Assembly: GCA_001662655.1 (NCBI GenBank) | Contig: KV460235.1 | Strand: one strand, 5' to 3' | DNA: 64,000 nt | Origin: Pseudogymnoascus verrucosus | Taxonomy: Eukaryota | Shown here: piece after piece, positions 12,454-24,499 of the stretch | Layout of the letters: the number at the start of each line of letters is the position of its first letter | How positions within the stretch are numbered: position 1 is the stretch's first letter | Made by a program: the position numbers and the translations under genes | The notes under the pieces: generated by a model | The model's database searches: none | Seen by the model: the letters and a program-made list of their open reading frames with translations, nothing else | What the model was told of the DNA's origin: nothing

Positions 12454-12812
12454 ATGCGTATAGTAGGACAATGGTGGAGGGGCTGAGCGAAGTGTACGCC
12501 ATTTCCGTAGTTTGAAGTCCTCCTCTTCGGATTTAATGACAAGCGTATCTTACATAGTGAGTACATGTAGAAATCGCTTTCAAAATTCTTAGTTGCCAAA
12601 ATGGTAAAATTCACTTGCTTGTAAGCAAAGGGCAACCACCCAACTATTTACACTTCCTCTCTACCTTACGACACCTTCACCCTCACCCTTCCACAGCGCC
12701 ATTGGAACAGGAACCTGATGAGCGAGAAGATGAAGCGAGCCCTAATAATGGGTGCAAGTAGCGTATTCTCAAACCTAGACTTTGCTATATCTCCACCATT
12801 TGCCAATTTCTC

Positions 12813-12848
12813 TCCTTATATATGCGAGTGTCCTTATATATGCGAGTG
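12813..12848. repeat. Exact 18-bp tandem duplication TCCTTATATATGCGAGTG x2
   Basis: Read directly; each copy contains a TATA-like TATATA. Confidence 0.9.
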
Positions 12849-13226
12849 ATTAAGAATTAGTTAAGGATTATCTGAGAAAATGCAGCATTATTCTCAGTCT
12901 CCCTCCTTGTTATTATTAAGTGGATACTGCTGAGGAGATGGCGGAACTATATGTGCTAAGAATTCACTAGTGTGGCAGCTCCGTCGGGTCAGCCTTGTGG
13001 CTTCGCTTAGTCCATTTCGTTTTAGACTACCCGATCTTATTTCATTCCAATCACAACCTCTTTATCATATTCGACTTTACAACTGCCCGTAATGTTTTAA
13101 AACACAACGAACAGCTTCAGCGGATCTTCTTCTGCTGCAAAAGTCGATAACGATGAAAACAAAAGGCTAGGAAACCCCTCGCCTGCCAGCAAACTTCCCT
13201 CCAAACAAAAAGGCCGCCGCAACATC

Positions 13227-13691
13227 ATGCTTGAGAAGTTCCCGGCTGACGTCGAACCATCACGCCCTCCATATACATATACACCAATGCCATTCTTTTT
13301 TTATGGCTCTCTTACGGATCCGCTGCGACTCCAAGAAATACTTCAGCTCCCGGCGCCACCAGTTCTTAAACCAGCCAGCGTGCAGTGCTACAGTATCATG
13401 CTATGGGGCCAGTACCCTGCTCTCGTTCACGGCCCAATTAACAACCACGTGGATGGCATGGCGTTCGTTGTGGAGACCGAGGAGCAAGAGAAAATGCTCA
13501 AATACTATGAGACGGATGCTTATCGTATCGAAGGCGTACGGATTTCGGTCGATGGGAAATTGCTGTCTGGGAGAACTTTTGTGTGGGCCAGTGACCCTAC
13601 AGAGCTGGTAGAGGGCACGTGGTCATTGGAAGAGTGGAAGAAGGACATCGAGGAGGAAATGGCATCACACTTTCGGCCTCTGGAGGACTGA
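13227..13691 (+). CDS. Gamma-glutamylcyclotransferase / AIG2-like protein
   Basis: FFFYGSLTDP, LWGQYPALV, VDGMAF, LKYYET and TFVW motifs. Confidence 0.88.
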   Translation: MLEKFPADVEPSRPPYTYTPMPFFFYGSLTDPLRLQEILQLPAPPVLKPASVQCYSIMLWGQYPALVHGPINNHVDGMAFVVETEEQEKMLKYYETDAYRIEGVRISVDGKLLSGRTFVWASDPTELVEGTWSLEEWKKDIEEEMASHFRPLED

Positions 13692-14541
13692 GCAGGAAGG
13701 AGGGATTATGGTGTCAAACTTGGTGGACCGCGCCTATGATCACTATAATCGCCAACAGCTGTATTATATCAGTGACGAAAACGAAATCTTATAATAAACA
13801 AGTTCACTTCTCTTCTTTTGTAGGGATTCAGTATGGCCGCATAATTGGTCTCAGACGTGGAGACGTTGAGATCTGCTGACCCCCTGTCACAGTCGCGAGA
13901 TCTCGCGTGGGTGACCCAACCACCAGAATATCCAGCCTCCTGGAGAGAATTTTAAGAGCTAGAGACGTGTCGGCGCATCAATGTCTCAGGTAATTTAGAC
14001 CATTCTATATTTAATATTACATCTCCACGACACGTCGCGACAACAAAAAGGAAGAACCGAACCTTTACTTCATCTTCATTTTTTATATCCTATTATCACC
14101 TCATTTTCACCCTATTGTCACCCGGCGAACCATATCTTATCGTGACGCGGGGCACAGATACAGATCGTCTGCCGACCCACCGTTCCACAACAGCAACAGC
14201 AACCCTCCTGGCCGAACATCACAATACCTTCATAACAACAAACCAACGATAACGACAAAAATGAAATTATATGCTGATCACGAATCTTGTGCTCTCACAC
14301 TATAAAAATTCCGCTCAAAAGCCTAGCCATTGCCATATCGAGCTACCTGCGACACGCTCCCAATTAGCGCATGAACCTTAATTTATATATTGGTACCAAG
14401 TAGATTAACTCGGCACCATCGACGTCGCATCGTCGAATCCCTCACAAACGGATCGTTTTAAACCAGAGTCTAGCAAACGCTAATAGTCGACCGCGCGTGC
14501 GAAACTATACGCATCGCCAGGCTAACCCCTCTTATGAAAGC

Positions 14542-15966
14542 ATGGCGTCCTCCACATCAACACCAAACATACCGACGGGTCTGTCGCATTGCCGCTCGCT
14601 GAGCAACACTTCTCAGACATCCTCACAGAACACAACCCCACAGGCGTGGAGCAATGAAAACTACGACTCGGGCTCGCTCCAGCAGCATTTCGGAGACGCG
14701 CATGGCAACATCATTAGCACCCCAGCAACCACAACGACAACACTTCCATGTGGACGGAACGTAGCTCAAGCTCACAGCAACGAAGAACCAGTTACTCCGC
14801 GACAACTGAAGGCACACCTGAGGTCACTGACCCCTCTTCAACCCATCGATACCAAAATAACATATTCTGGGCGGACAACCCCAGGGGCAGGCTCCCCACA
14901 GAAGCAAGAGAACGGGGGCTCCATGCCCACGCTCACTGGAACCAAGGGGCCGGCCCAAACCGCACCTGCACGAGGTCTCGCAGGCTGGTTCAGCAACACG
15001 TCCACTCCCTCCCTCGAGTCCGCCGACCTCCCCACCTCAACCACCGTCTCCGCCGCAGGCAAACTTCGCAACATGTCCATCCCCGTCGCCTCAGCCGCCT
15101 CAGCCGCCTCAGCAACAAAATCCAAATTCTCCTTCTTCTCTCCCAAACCCGCCCAACCTGCCACACCCACCGCGTACGACGACGACGGTGACGACCCACT
15201 CCTCAATCTCTCCCTCTCGACCGCCCTAACACCAACACCGCACGACCCCTTCTCCCCCGCCTCCTCGAAGAACTTACACACCTCCGCCCTCACCCTCCTC
15301 GCGACCTTCCAATCCGCGCTGCGTGCACGCACAACACAGATCCGCGATCTGCGCGCCGAGGCCGCTGCGCGAGCCGAGGAGCGCGATGCGGCGGATACGC
15401 GGACGCAGCATCTTAAGGCGCAGTTGGCGGATATGGCGGCGAGAGTTGCAGAGCAGGAGGGCACGCTGAAGAGTATTCTCGGAGAGCTGGTGGAGGAGCG
15501 GCGGCGTGGCGCGGAGGAGCGAGAGAGGAGCGGCAAGGAGGAGTCGAGGGAGGGTGCGGGGGTTGTGCTGGATCAGAAGGTTCCGGATCGGAGGAGTGGG
15601 TCTAGTGAGGATTTAGTGGTGGAGGGGTGGAAAGGGGCAGAGGAGTCGGATGCGGAAAGTGCGGTGGAGAGTGTGTGGAGTCGGTGTGGGAGTCCGGATG
15701 GGAATCGGACGAGTAGGACGAGCGGTGGGAGTGCGGTTACGTCGGCGAGTTCGGCGAGGCGGGAGCCGTTGCGGAGGGGGGGTGGAAAGGAGGAGGTGGT
15801 TGTGGTGAGGCGGTGTGATAATTGTGAGGGGAAGGCGGCGAGTGCGGCGTGGGTGGCTGTGAGGGATTTGAGGGATGAGAATAAGGAGTTGAAGAGAGAG
15901 GCTGGGGTGTTGAGGGAGGCGATGGATGAGGTGATCGAGATGGTTAGCATGGTGGGACTGAGGTAG
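14542..15966 (+). CDS. Hypothetical protein with low-complexity N-terminus, central coiled coil and C-terminal CxxC plus coiled coil
   Basis: Long ORF with coding-like bias; AEERDAADTRTQHLKAQLADMA and CDNCEGKAASAAWVAVRDLRDENKELK. A branch site and acceptor at 14521-14540 suggest an upstream intron, so the start is uncertain. Confidence 0.8.
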   Translation: MASSTSTPNIPTGLSHCRSLSNTSQTSSQNTTPQAWSNENYDSGSLQQHFGDAHGNIISTPATTTTTLPCGRNVAQAHSNEEPVTPRQLKAHLRSLTPLQPIDTKITYSGRTTPGAGSPQKQENGGSMPTLTGTKGPAQTAPARGLAGWFSNTSTPSLESADLPTSTTVSAAGKLRNMSIPVASAASAASATKSKFSFFSPKPAQPATPTAYDDDGDDPLLNLSLSTALTPTPHDPFSPASSKNLHTSALTLLATFQSALRARTTQIRDLRAEAAARAEERDAADTRTQHLKAQLADMAARVAEQEGTLKSILGELVEERRRGAEERERSGKEESREGAGVVLDQKVPDRRSGSSEDLVVEGWKGAEESDAESAVESVWSRCGSPDGNRTSRTSGGSAVTSASSARREPLRRGGGKEEVVVVRRCDNCEGKAASAAWVAVRDLRDENKELKREAGVLREAMDEVIEMVSMVGLR

Positions 15967-18900
15967 AGGAAGATGAAGGGGAGGAGGGTTGCATATAGGT
16001 CTCTTGGCCTTGGTGTGGTTTGGGCAATGGTGCTCGCGGCGTCGAGCGGCGGTGTTTGGGTATGGTATCAACAGTATATGGGTGCTGTGGCGTGCATTGT
16101 CGGACAAAGGTGTTTGGGTACAAACTGTAGATTGCTAGATCGGGTATATAGGAGAGAAGCCCAACAAATGGGATATGATAATAGGATGCTAGACAAGGTG
16201 TCTGTTCACCACATCACTTGAACATGTGCAGGCCTCGCAGTGGTGAAGTGCACAGTGAACGTGATACTCTAACAAGCAGCACTACTCTGCATTGTCAAGA
16301 ACACAATGCTGTATTGATAGCTGCAAAGGATGTCCGACGTCTACTAAGAATATCATGAAGCGGGAGTTACTCCGGAAAGAGAGCCAGAGGAGGTGCTGGG
16401 TAACCAAGGGAAATAGTTTGTTTTCTAAGAAAGATCAGTACCCTCATCCATCAAAGGGGAGGTCGAATAAGAGGCATGGTACAACTTGTAGGGTTACGAT
16501 ACATAAACTCGGAGAGAAGCTATACCAGCAGCTTTCTATACCATGGCCCCTGAAGCACGGCGTCAGGGGATGTTGAAACCGAAGCTATAATCGAAACATG
16601 ATTGTCCATCTCATGAAAACGCAAAGATGATCGAGAAATACTGCAACAGGAGAATCTTAGTATTATGCGGCCTATCCTACTGCGGTTGAAGGTTTGAAGA
16701 TGGCATGTGGCTACTAATCTAGTTAATCAGAACTATATATAATGGATTATAATGGTCTCGTAGAGCAACTTTAAGGAAAATTACTAGGTAAGTTGTGAGC
16801 GTGTATAGTAATTATCAATATAAATATGATTTCTCAGTCACTATCTTGCAAATAAGACTTCTTAACCACTGTTCTTCAACTATAGCATGTCGGGCTTCAT
16901 AGGTAACTAAGAAAAACTGAACTGAGGATAGCGGCTCATAGCCACTGTTTCCATTCTTCCCACGCATGACCCCCTATTGAGAACCCTTAGCTACACACTT
17001 AGATTACTACTGTACGAAGCAAGTCCTCTACACCCTCATCCATGAAACCCCAACTCCCAAACAAAACAGAACGTCCAATGAGGAATGCAAAGCAATCTAG
17101 CCCTGATAGTGATAGACATTAATCTAAGAAAGAATGTCCGATATTGCCACGCAGGGAACACGCATAGCCCCCCTCAGCCAGCCCGCGATGCAGAACGAGA
17201 GATTACGATAGTCGCCGTTGGAGATGAGATGCACCACATCAGTATTCCATGCAGCACGTTGTAAATTCAGGCATCCCCTTCTGTTTATCCGTGCACCTCC
17301 CCCCCCTTTTGTCCGTGATGTTGGAGCCGCACCATCCTTGTCCCTGGTGGAGCTGCATTTACGCGTTAGATTGGCAATTTGGGCGTGATGTTCGGGTAAT
17401 TTGCCACGGTGCGCAGGGATGGGAAGGGCGCGCAGATGGGGACGAGGGGAGTGATGCTGACAACGGTCGGTTACTATATTGCGAGTTCTGGATTGGGGCG
17501 GATGGTGGTGGTGAAAGGGGATGGTGTTTGATCAGATCTTGTTCTCGAAGCGCAGACGCGCGGCTAGATCGTGAGGTTAGTTTGATCTGATCTCGGTTTT
17601 TGGTAGGGCTTATATTCTACTCAGCTCCGTAGCTGCGAATATGATGTCGGCCTTCCATGCTGTATATTGAATTTCCAAGCACTGCATATTGTTTTGGCGA
17701 CGCAACGTTGTTCATCAGTATAATGGTAATACAGAGCCTCATGCGGCTCAAGAACGTTTCGTCCCACAGCTTCCCATGACAACCGGGAGTCGGTTAGGGC
17801 TGGAGGCTACGCACAAAAGGATGGAGGGGTGATAATGGCAAACGACGTAAAAGGCCAGAGAAGTACTATGACAAGGGAAAGATTGTACCTTTGATGGTAG
17901 AGCGACAAGACGAGTATGTCACGGGACATTGTTCATTCTATGACGGCACATGTTATATCTGATCCCTCGGTCTGGACCTGGATGCTGAAGTATCATCCCC
18001 GTATCATCATCACCAGCTTCCCCGGATTTCCAGATCTTCACAAGCCTCTGTCCGCGACACCTCCAGGAATTTCACACCGGCCAGCTCCCCTAGCTTGCCC
18101 AGATTCCCCGGATTCCCCCAGGTCTTCACAACCCATGATGATAGTGCGTGCAGCATGACAATGCAGCACTGACAGTTGTCCCGTCCATATCTGCAAGTCT
18201 GTACCCCGCCCCATCTGCAGATGCCTCTTTTGGTAACAAGCTCCCATAATCAAAACGCGCCAGCCAAAAAAATATCATGTACCCCGCGCCGTCACATGCT
18301 GGCTTCCCCGGATTTAAGCTGCTAGAAACGCCGCAAGCGACGCGCCTTGCTAAAGAAAGCCGTTTCTTAGACTCAGGATCACATGTTCAAGCATTCGGCA
18401 CACATGCGAGAGCGACTCGTAGCCCTAAGTCAGAACCTCATGCACGAGTAAAGTAAGTAAGAGTAAGTTAGTTCAAACTGTAGCCTCCATCCACGATCTC
18501 CCTCCTTAGCGATGCTTGTCAGTTTCCACAAAAAACCTCACCATCGTCGTTAACCACAAGGCCCGAAGTTATTCTGAGCACCCTATCTTACCCGACTATA
18601 GTACAGTATAGCAAGTAACTCTACCTTCCCCCCTCTAACCCCTTTCCTCGCAACACTCTCCCAAAGTAGCAAGGCTTTCCCCCCCCCCGCCCAAGCACAG
18701 ACCATGCGTTCAACGCCCTTTGTTTCAGGTGTCCCGCCGGGCTACGTTTCAGTCGGGCACCGCCAACCACGCGACTCCACGGTTCTGAAACGGAGCTACA
18801 TACTTTCTGATGCTAGATTTGCAAGGGAAGATAAGGAAGGCGACAGAAAAGGGATGTGAGAAAGTGAGAAAACAAAAAAGGAAACAAAAAAGTGGAATAT

Positions 18901-21900
18901 CCGCGATCTGTGATCTGTGACCGTGGCGCTGTTGGTTGGCGTAGAGGACACGCCCGGAAAAGCGGGCGTGCATGTCACCCATCCCTCCTTTCTCACCGGT
19001 GCCGCACACAAGACAACAACCACAGCACCTCGGGTTCGGAGCAAGCCAAAAGCTGCGTCAGCCCGTCACATACCAGCCACGCAACAATGTCTCGGGGCAG
19101 TCTCCCAGCACGCTCAGCACTCCGAGTGTCACGCACCGGAGCCCTCACGCTCCCCTGCGGCGATCCCCGACTGGGCGACCAGCGCTCCGGAGCGTCGGGC
19201 TCGCTGGTCGACGCTCGATCAGCGGCGCGATGAGGGCTGGAGCTGCGCTGCTCCTGTTGCTGCCGGATGTGCAGAGGAGGTGGGTGCAGCGGCGATCTTG
19301 GCGCGCGGTGGAGTGGTGGGTGGACGTGAGGGCGGGGCTGGCATTGTGGTGGTCTCGCGAGGGGGGAGGAGGAGGAGGGTGTGTGGTTTCTACGAGTACG
19401 AGTACACGGGATTGGAAAGGGGCGGGGGGGGGCCGCCGGATACGCTCCGTCGGGTCGCGGAGTGGGTTGGGTATGCAATTTGTTGTGGCTTTTTTTCTTC
19501 CCCCATTTACTTTTCGTTTTGAGGCATGAGGGAGGCATTTTGGGATTTCCATATATCGGTCGGCGTTGAGGCAGGGATACCTCGGCTCCCTTCACGGACA
19601 TACTTGCTCCTCCTCAACGCACTTGTCTCCTTACTCACTCATCGAAGGACAGGATCACTACGTTGGCGCACACACACTAAAAAGGCAAATAGTACAGTAA
19701 GTAACAAGCCCAAGTAACAAAGGCATCTTACGTTACCAAACACCCTTAGTACAGTAGTAAGGGTCCTGTCCCCACCACCACACCACCAAAGCGGAGACCC
19801 CCCTACCCTCCTCCAAACTACCCATCACGTGACCAAAAACCACCCAACCGGTACTCGCCCGGCAGGCCCCCCCGTGGGTCGAAAGGGAAAGCACATCTCC
19901 GTCTATGCGCTACCGACGCTACAGTACAAGCACACATCACATCACATCGCCAGAGCTCGGAGTGAGTGGTCCACTCCCAGCACCCATCCGCTCTACGTAG
20001 CCGGGCTGCCTGCCGGCACTCGACCGGTGGTGTGCGTGGCGGCGGGGCGGGCGGACTTGGGCGCTGTGATTGATGGGGCCGGTGGGGGGGGGAGTGTGAT
20101 ACGGTCGGTATAAGCGGGCTGGGGGGAGGGGGGGGGACGACGCGGTGCGAGGTGATGAGGCGAGGCGCGTTGGGGGACACGCGATCCACAGCTGGATTCC
20201 TACCGTAGTAGTATTGTACGCTTTGATGGGTGGCTGGCTGGCTGGGCTTCCCCGTCCGCTGTACGGGTGCCGTGCTGGGGGTGTATGATCCGGGTAAGGA
20301 GGCAGGCGGGTTGCGCTCGAGCGTGGCGCTGGGGAGGGGCCCGGTGAGCGTTATGGCGGTAGGTAGGGCTTGGGCGGTGGGCGGGGAGAGTGATGGAGGG
20401 AGGGAAGGAGGGCGTTTGCGGTGGTGATGGCGGGGCAGGAGGTTGGGATTACGGTAGGGGGTGGATGAAGGGGATACAGTGAGCATCGCAGGGTGTAGGC
20501 GGGCTGGATATTGGTGTAAGAATGGTGTCCAGTACTGTACTGCACTTGGCACTGGTGTGTACTGTACCTGGGCTGGGGGGAGTAGATTGCAGAGCTGCAG
20601 GGCCGGGGGGGATGCGATATAGCCAAGCTTTTGCGTGATATACTGCTCTGAAGCAGGGAGGAGCGCAGCAGCAGCAGTAGTGGCCAGATCGCAGAGGATG
20701 GGATTGGGAGAGAGGATCGGTGGATTTAAATGGATGGGGTGGGGGCCGGCCTGGGGGGGTTGCTCGAGGATGACAGTACAGAGCAGAGCAGAGCCCCGTC
20801 GTCGTCGTCGTCATTTACGACTGAGCTGAGTCGTGCGATTTGAATTTCAACCATGTCGTGTACCGCCGTACAGACGCAGGTCCCCTCTGTGGTGCTCTCC
20901 TCGTAATTCTCCAGCGCCAGGGACGCAGTGGAGGGACTCAATGGTGGTTGGTGGCACAATCGCCGTAGCGCGGATGCAGGAACGATAGGCGTCCAGGGCG
21001 GTGGGTTCCGTCGAGGACGTCGCCGCCATGGCTGGCTCTGGCTGTGATTGATGTGCGCTCGCTCGCTGGTGTGATGATAAGGGGAGGTAAGGACGGGTGA
21101 GTGCGTGTACAGGTCGCATGAAGCGCTGTGAAGGGCCGTGAAGTGCTGTGCGCGCGCCCCGTGAGAGCTTTGGTTGGTGCGTGCGTGCGTGCGGTGAGTG
21201 AGTGAGCATGTTTTCGTGGATTATGTGCGTGCCCGCGAATTGAAGCTGCGGAGAACGGGCTGGGCTGGGCTGGCTGGTGCGCAGGGAGGAGAGCGACGTG
21301 CAGATTTTCTCCGGGCCTTTTTGGGGATGTTTACTTTGCTGATAGATGGATGTTTTGCTTCTGTGGTTCCCTCTCTCTCTTGGCCCTGGAGTAATATACA
21401 ACCCTACCTCGCTCCTTCCCACTCTCCCAATGCAACGCTGCAGCAGCCCCAGGGATGCTCGCTGTGCATCATCCAGAATAGCAGGGAAGCTCCATCGCCT
21501 TTCCTCAATCGGATAGGGCGGAGGAGGGAGCGATGGAGGTGTACGGCGGGCCGCACGCGGTATTTGCGCTGTTGTGGATGGAGCAAGAGCAGCTGCAGGG
21601 AAGAGGGGGGAGGGGTTGGATGTGGGTTGGAGCGCGGAAAGGATACTGTTGGTTGGGTTTTGATTGGGTTTGGCTGGGAAAAAGAGGGGGCTAAGTGTAT
21701 TGCTACTGTACTCTGGCGGGTGCTTTTTTTTTGTCGGGTCGGGTATATGGCAAGCTTGCATTATTGATGCATACGAGTACAGTATGCGTGCGTGTGTGTG
21801 TGTGGCTGGGGATGATGGGGGGTGAGAGAGAAAAGAGGGAACGGACGAGCATGTTTATTGTTAGACGACAACGGAAGAGGGGCGCACACGGAAGAGAGAG

Positions 21901-22563
21901 TAGTTGGCACCGAGCACCGGCGGTGGATACGGTACGTCCATTCTGCAACGGCCATCATGGACGAGAAAGGGGGATCGACGGGGGCTGGAAAAGCCGGTGA
22001 TCGACGGGTAGCCAGAGCCGTGAAGGTTCGTGGCGGCGAGGAGAGGTGAGGTGTGATCGGCGCGGTGCCGTGGGCTCGAGGTGGTAGGAGGGCCGGCCGC
22101 CGCCCGTCACGGCGTGGGTGTCCGGTTGGAGGGGAGTGGGAATTCCCCTGTGGTTGGTATGTGTCGGGGAGGGGGGAGGGGAGGGGGTGTGTGGAGCGCA
22201 CCCGGCGTGGTGGGTGGCCGATGGAACGTAAGGGACCTGGATGGGGATGATTTGGTGACTGTCTGTGCCTGTGGGTTAGGAATAGAGTAGCTGGACTATA
22301 GTATGGGCGTGGTATAGCATCTGCCGGACCCTTTCCGTCTGGGGATCTGGGGGTTTCGCTGATGAGCCGGCGGCTATATTCCAGCGCAGTTCTCTCTCTC
22401 TCTTCTCTTCTGAGCGCAGCATGCCCGTTGAAGAGAGTGGACTCTCTGGTCGACTAGCCAAACCCACTGATTAGCACAGATTCGACTGAGGCGGCACCCC
22501 TGTCCCTGGACCCTTGGACCCTTAGTAGTCATGTTCTGTCCCGTGTGTAGTGCATAGAGCACT

Positions 22564-22597
<34 letters not shown>
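22564..22597. repeat. (GA)n microsatellite
   Basis: Read directly. Confidence 0.9.
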
Positions 22598-23113
22598 TGG
22601 CCATGCGGTGATACCTGGTACTGCAGGACGGACCTGACTGTACACGCATATACGCATACACGCATACACGGTGGATGATGGTGGAAGCTAGAAGCTGGAT
22701 ATTCTCGAGTACAGCCCGTCATACGAAGTAGTAGTTATCCGTACAATATTCATGGTGGGTAGGTTCCTCTGCGGTCATGGATGAGGGTCATGGATGGCGG
22801 CCAAAGAAGCGGCCCACAAGCTATAATGAGCTATGCCAAAATAGTACTAGTTGGTAGTGGTTGCTCCTAGCTGTTCTTCCTAGCTGGTCCTTGTGGCTCC
22901 TGGCTGCTCCTGGTGACTGTGCCTGAATATGTGCCTGAGGATGTGCTGTGTGCCTGAGGATGTGTCTGAGCCGTACTGCGGTATGGTGTACTTCGTAGAC
23001 CGTAGTACTGTTGTAGATATTATTATTATCACACTAACTATAGTAATACTAGTACTTCTACTAGAGCACTTGCTTGCCTTTTCTCTTTCTCCTTTGCTCC
23101 TTTAGCGGGGCCG

Positions 23114-23169
23114 TTTCCTATTGGTCAATTTCTATTGGTCAATGCTGTCGCCCTTTCCTATTGGCCAAT
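23114..23169. promoter_or_regulatory. Three copies of CTATTGG(T/C)CAAT, a CCAAT-box cluster upstream of the CRIB gene
   Basis: Copies at ~23114, ~23130 and ~23154; the third contains the palindrome ATTGGCCAAT. Confidence 0.55.
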
Positions 23170-24499
23170 GCTCAAAACCCTAGAAGGTGTCCCGCTTTCC
23201 GCTTTCCAGGGGTGGATCTAGTCTAGGGTGGACGACGAGATACCTTATACCTTACAAGGTAGGTAGAGGTACTTTGGAAATCAACTGATGCTCATCCTCT
23301 GTTCATGCTCTACCCACCCCCCAGCACCCCCCAGCACCCCCCCAGCACCTCCCTCCCCCGTACCCGTACCCTCTCCTTCCTCACTCACAACAACCAACAA
23401 CTAACTCAACTCGGCTTATCACAGAAAACTGAAAATAAGTCCATCATCTTGTCGGTCCCTCTTCTTTTGCTTCCTTCTTTCCCAACTCGACCTATCTCTC
23501 ACTCACTCTCCTCCCCTTGCTTCTCTACCCGCAAAACATCCCTCACCTCCCTCCACCACCCATCTCCGCCAACCTTGCTTGCGCTCCTGCATATACAATA
23601 ATACATGGAATACATTCTTCCTGCACGCCCTCACGCCCGCTCCCGCCTATCCTATTGTACACGTCCAATCGCACTTTCCCTGCTCCACGTTCTCATGTCC
23701 TGAAACCTCCCGGCACCTCGACGACAACAGCGAAAGAAACAAAAATCTTTGATGCTCTTCTGATCAGCTTTGTCTCGCTCTCGCTCACGCTCACATTTCG
23801 ATGCCATCGACACCGCGTTTGCTGTCCCGAGCGACATATCAGTGACAATTGACACCTGGTAGCATCCTGGAGGAAGAAAATATATATACACCCAACAAGT
23901 CCGCGTCACTTTCTTGCTGCACAACGACTTCACGACACCCACAAACTTTCCGCCTGCATACTTCACACATACGCACAGAGCTGTTGACTGACCTTCTACC
24001 CCCTCATCTTCATCCTCGGCCTGCGCCAGGTTTCGCAACAAGGTGAGCACACACACACCTACACATATCTTCACACACACCTCTCTCTTCGTATGACCTC
24101 GGAGGCGTTTCCCACTTGGCATCCACCATTTCCCCCAGCTTTCCAGCTCTATGGGCTTGGATCCTGCCGAGGCTCTCCTCACTCTAGAATATATCTCGAC
24201 TTTTCCGCCCCCAAATCAATATGCATGAATTTTAATCTTGTTCATCTCGCTGATTGTTCTCTGCAGGCAGCGAATATCTCACCATCACCGTTGCTCTCCT
24301 TTCGACGTCGTGCCAGGGACCGACCTATCCTATGCCTCCTATAAACCCGATTTAATATAACCCCTAATCTATCCGCAATCTATTGTTGCCCGGGACAGCT
24401 CCATCCCACGCGACACAGCCCACTCGTCCAACTGTCTACCCTACCCTCTCCCCTGGGAGGAGGGTATCCCGCCGACGGCGCGGCAATCAGTCGACGAAA

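Noticed and set aside
20244..20264. GGGCTTCCCCGTCCGCT resembles part of fungal 5S rRNA
   Set aside because: Only about 16 nt match and the flanks lack the rest of 5S.
18749..22290. Many overlapping 100-300 aa ORFs
   Set aside because: Low-complexity Pro/Gly/Arg translations expected from GC-rich skewed DNA; many use non-ATG starts.
22918..22972. GTGCCTGAG repeats as a TPP riboswitch
   Set aside because: The downstream conserved aptamer core is missing; this is a simple tandem repeat.
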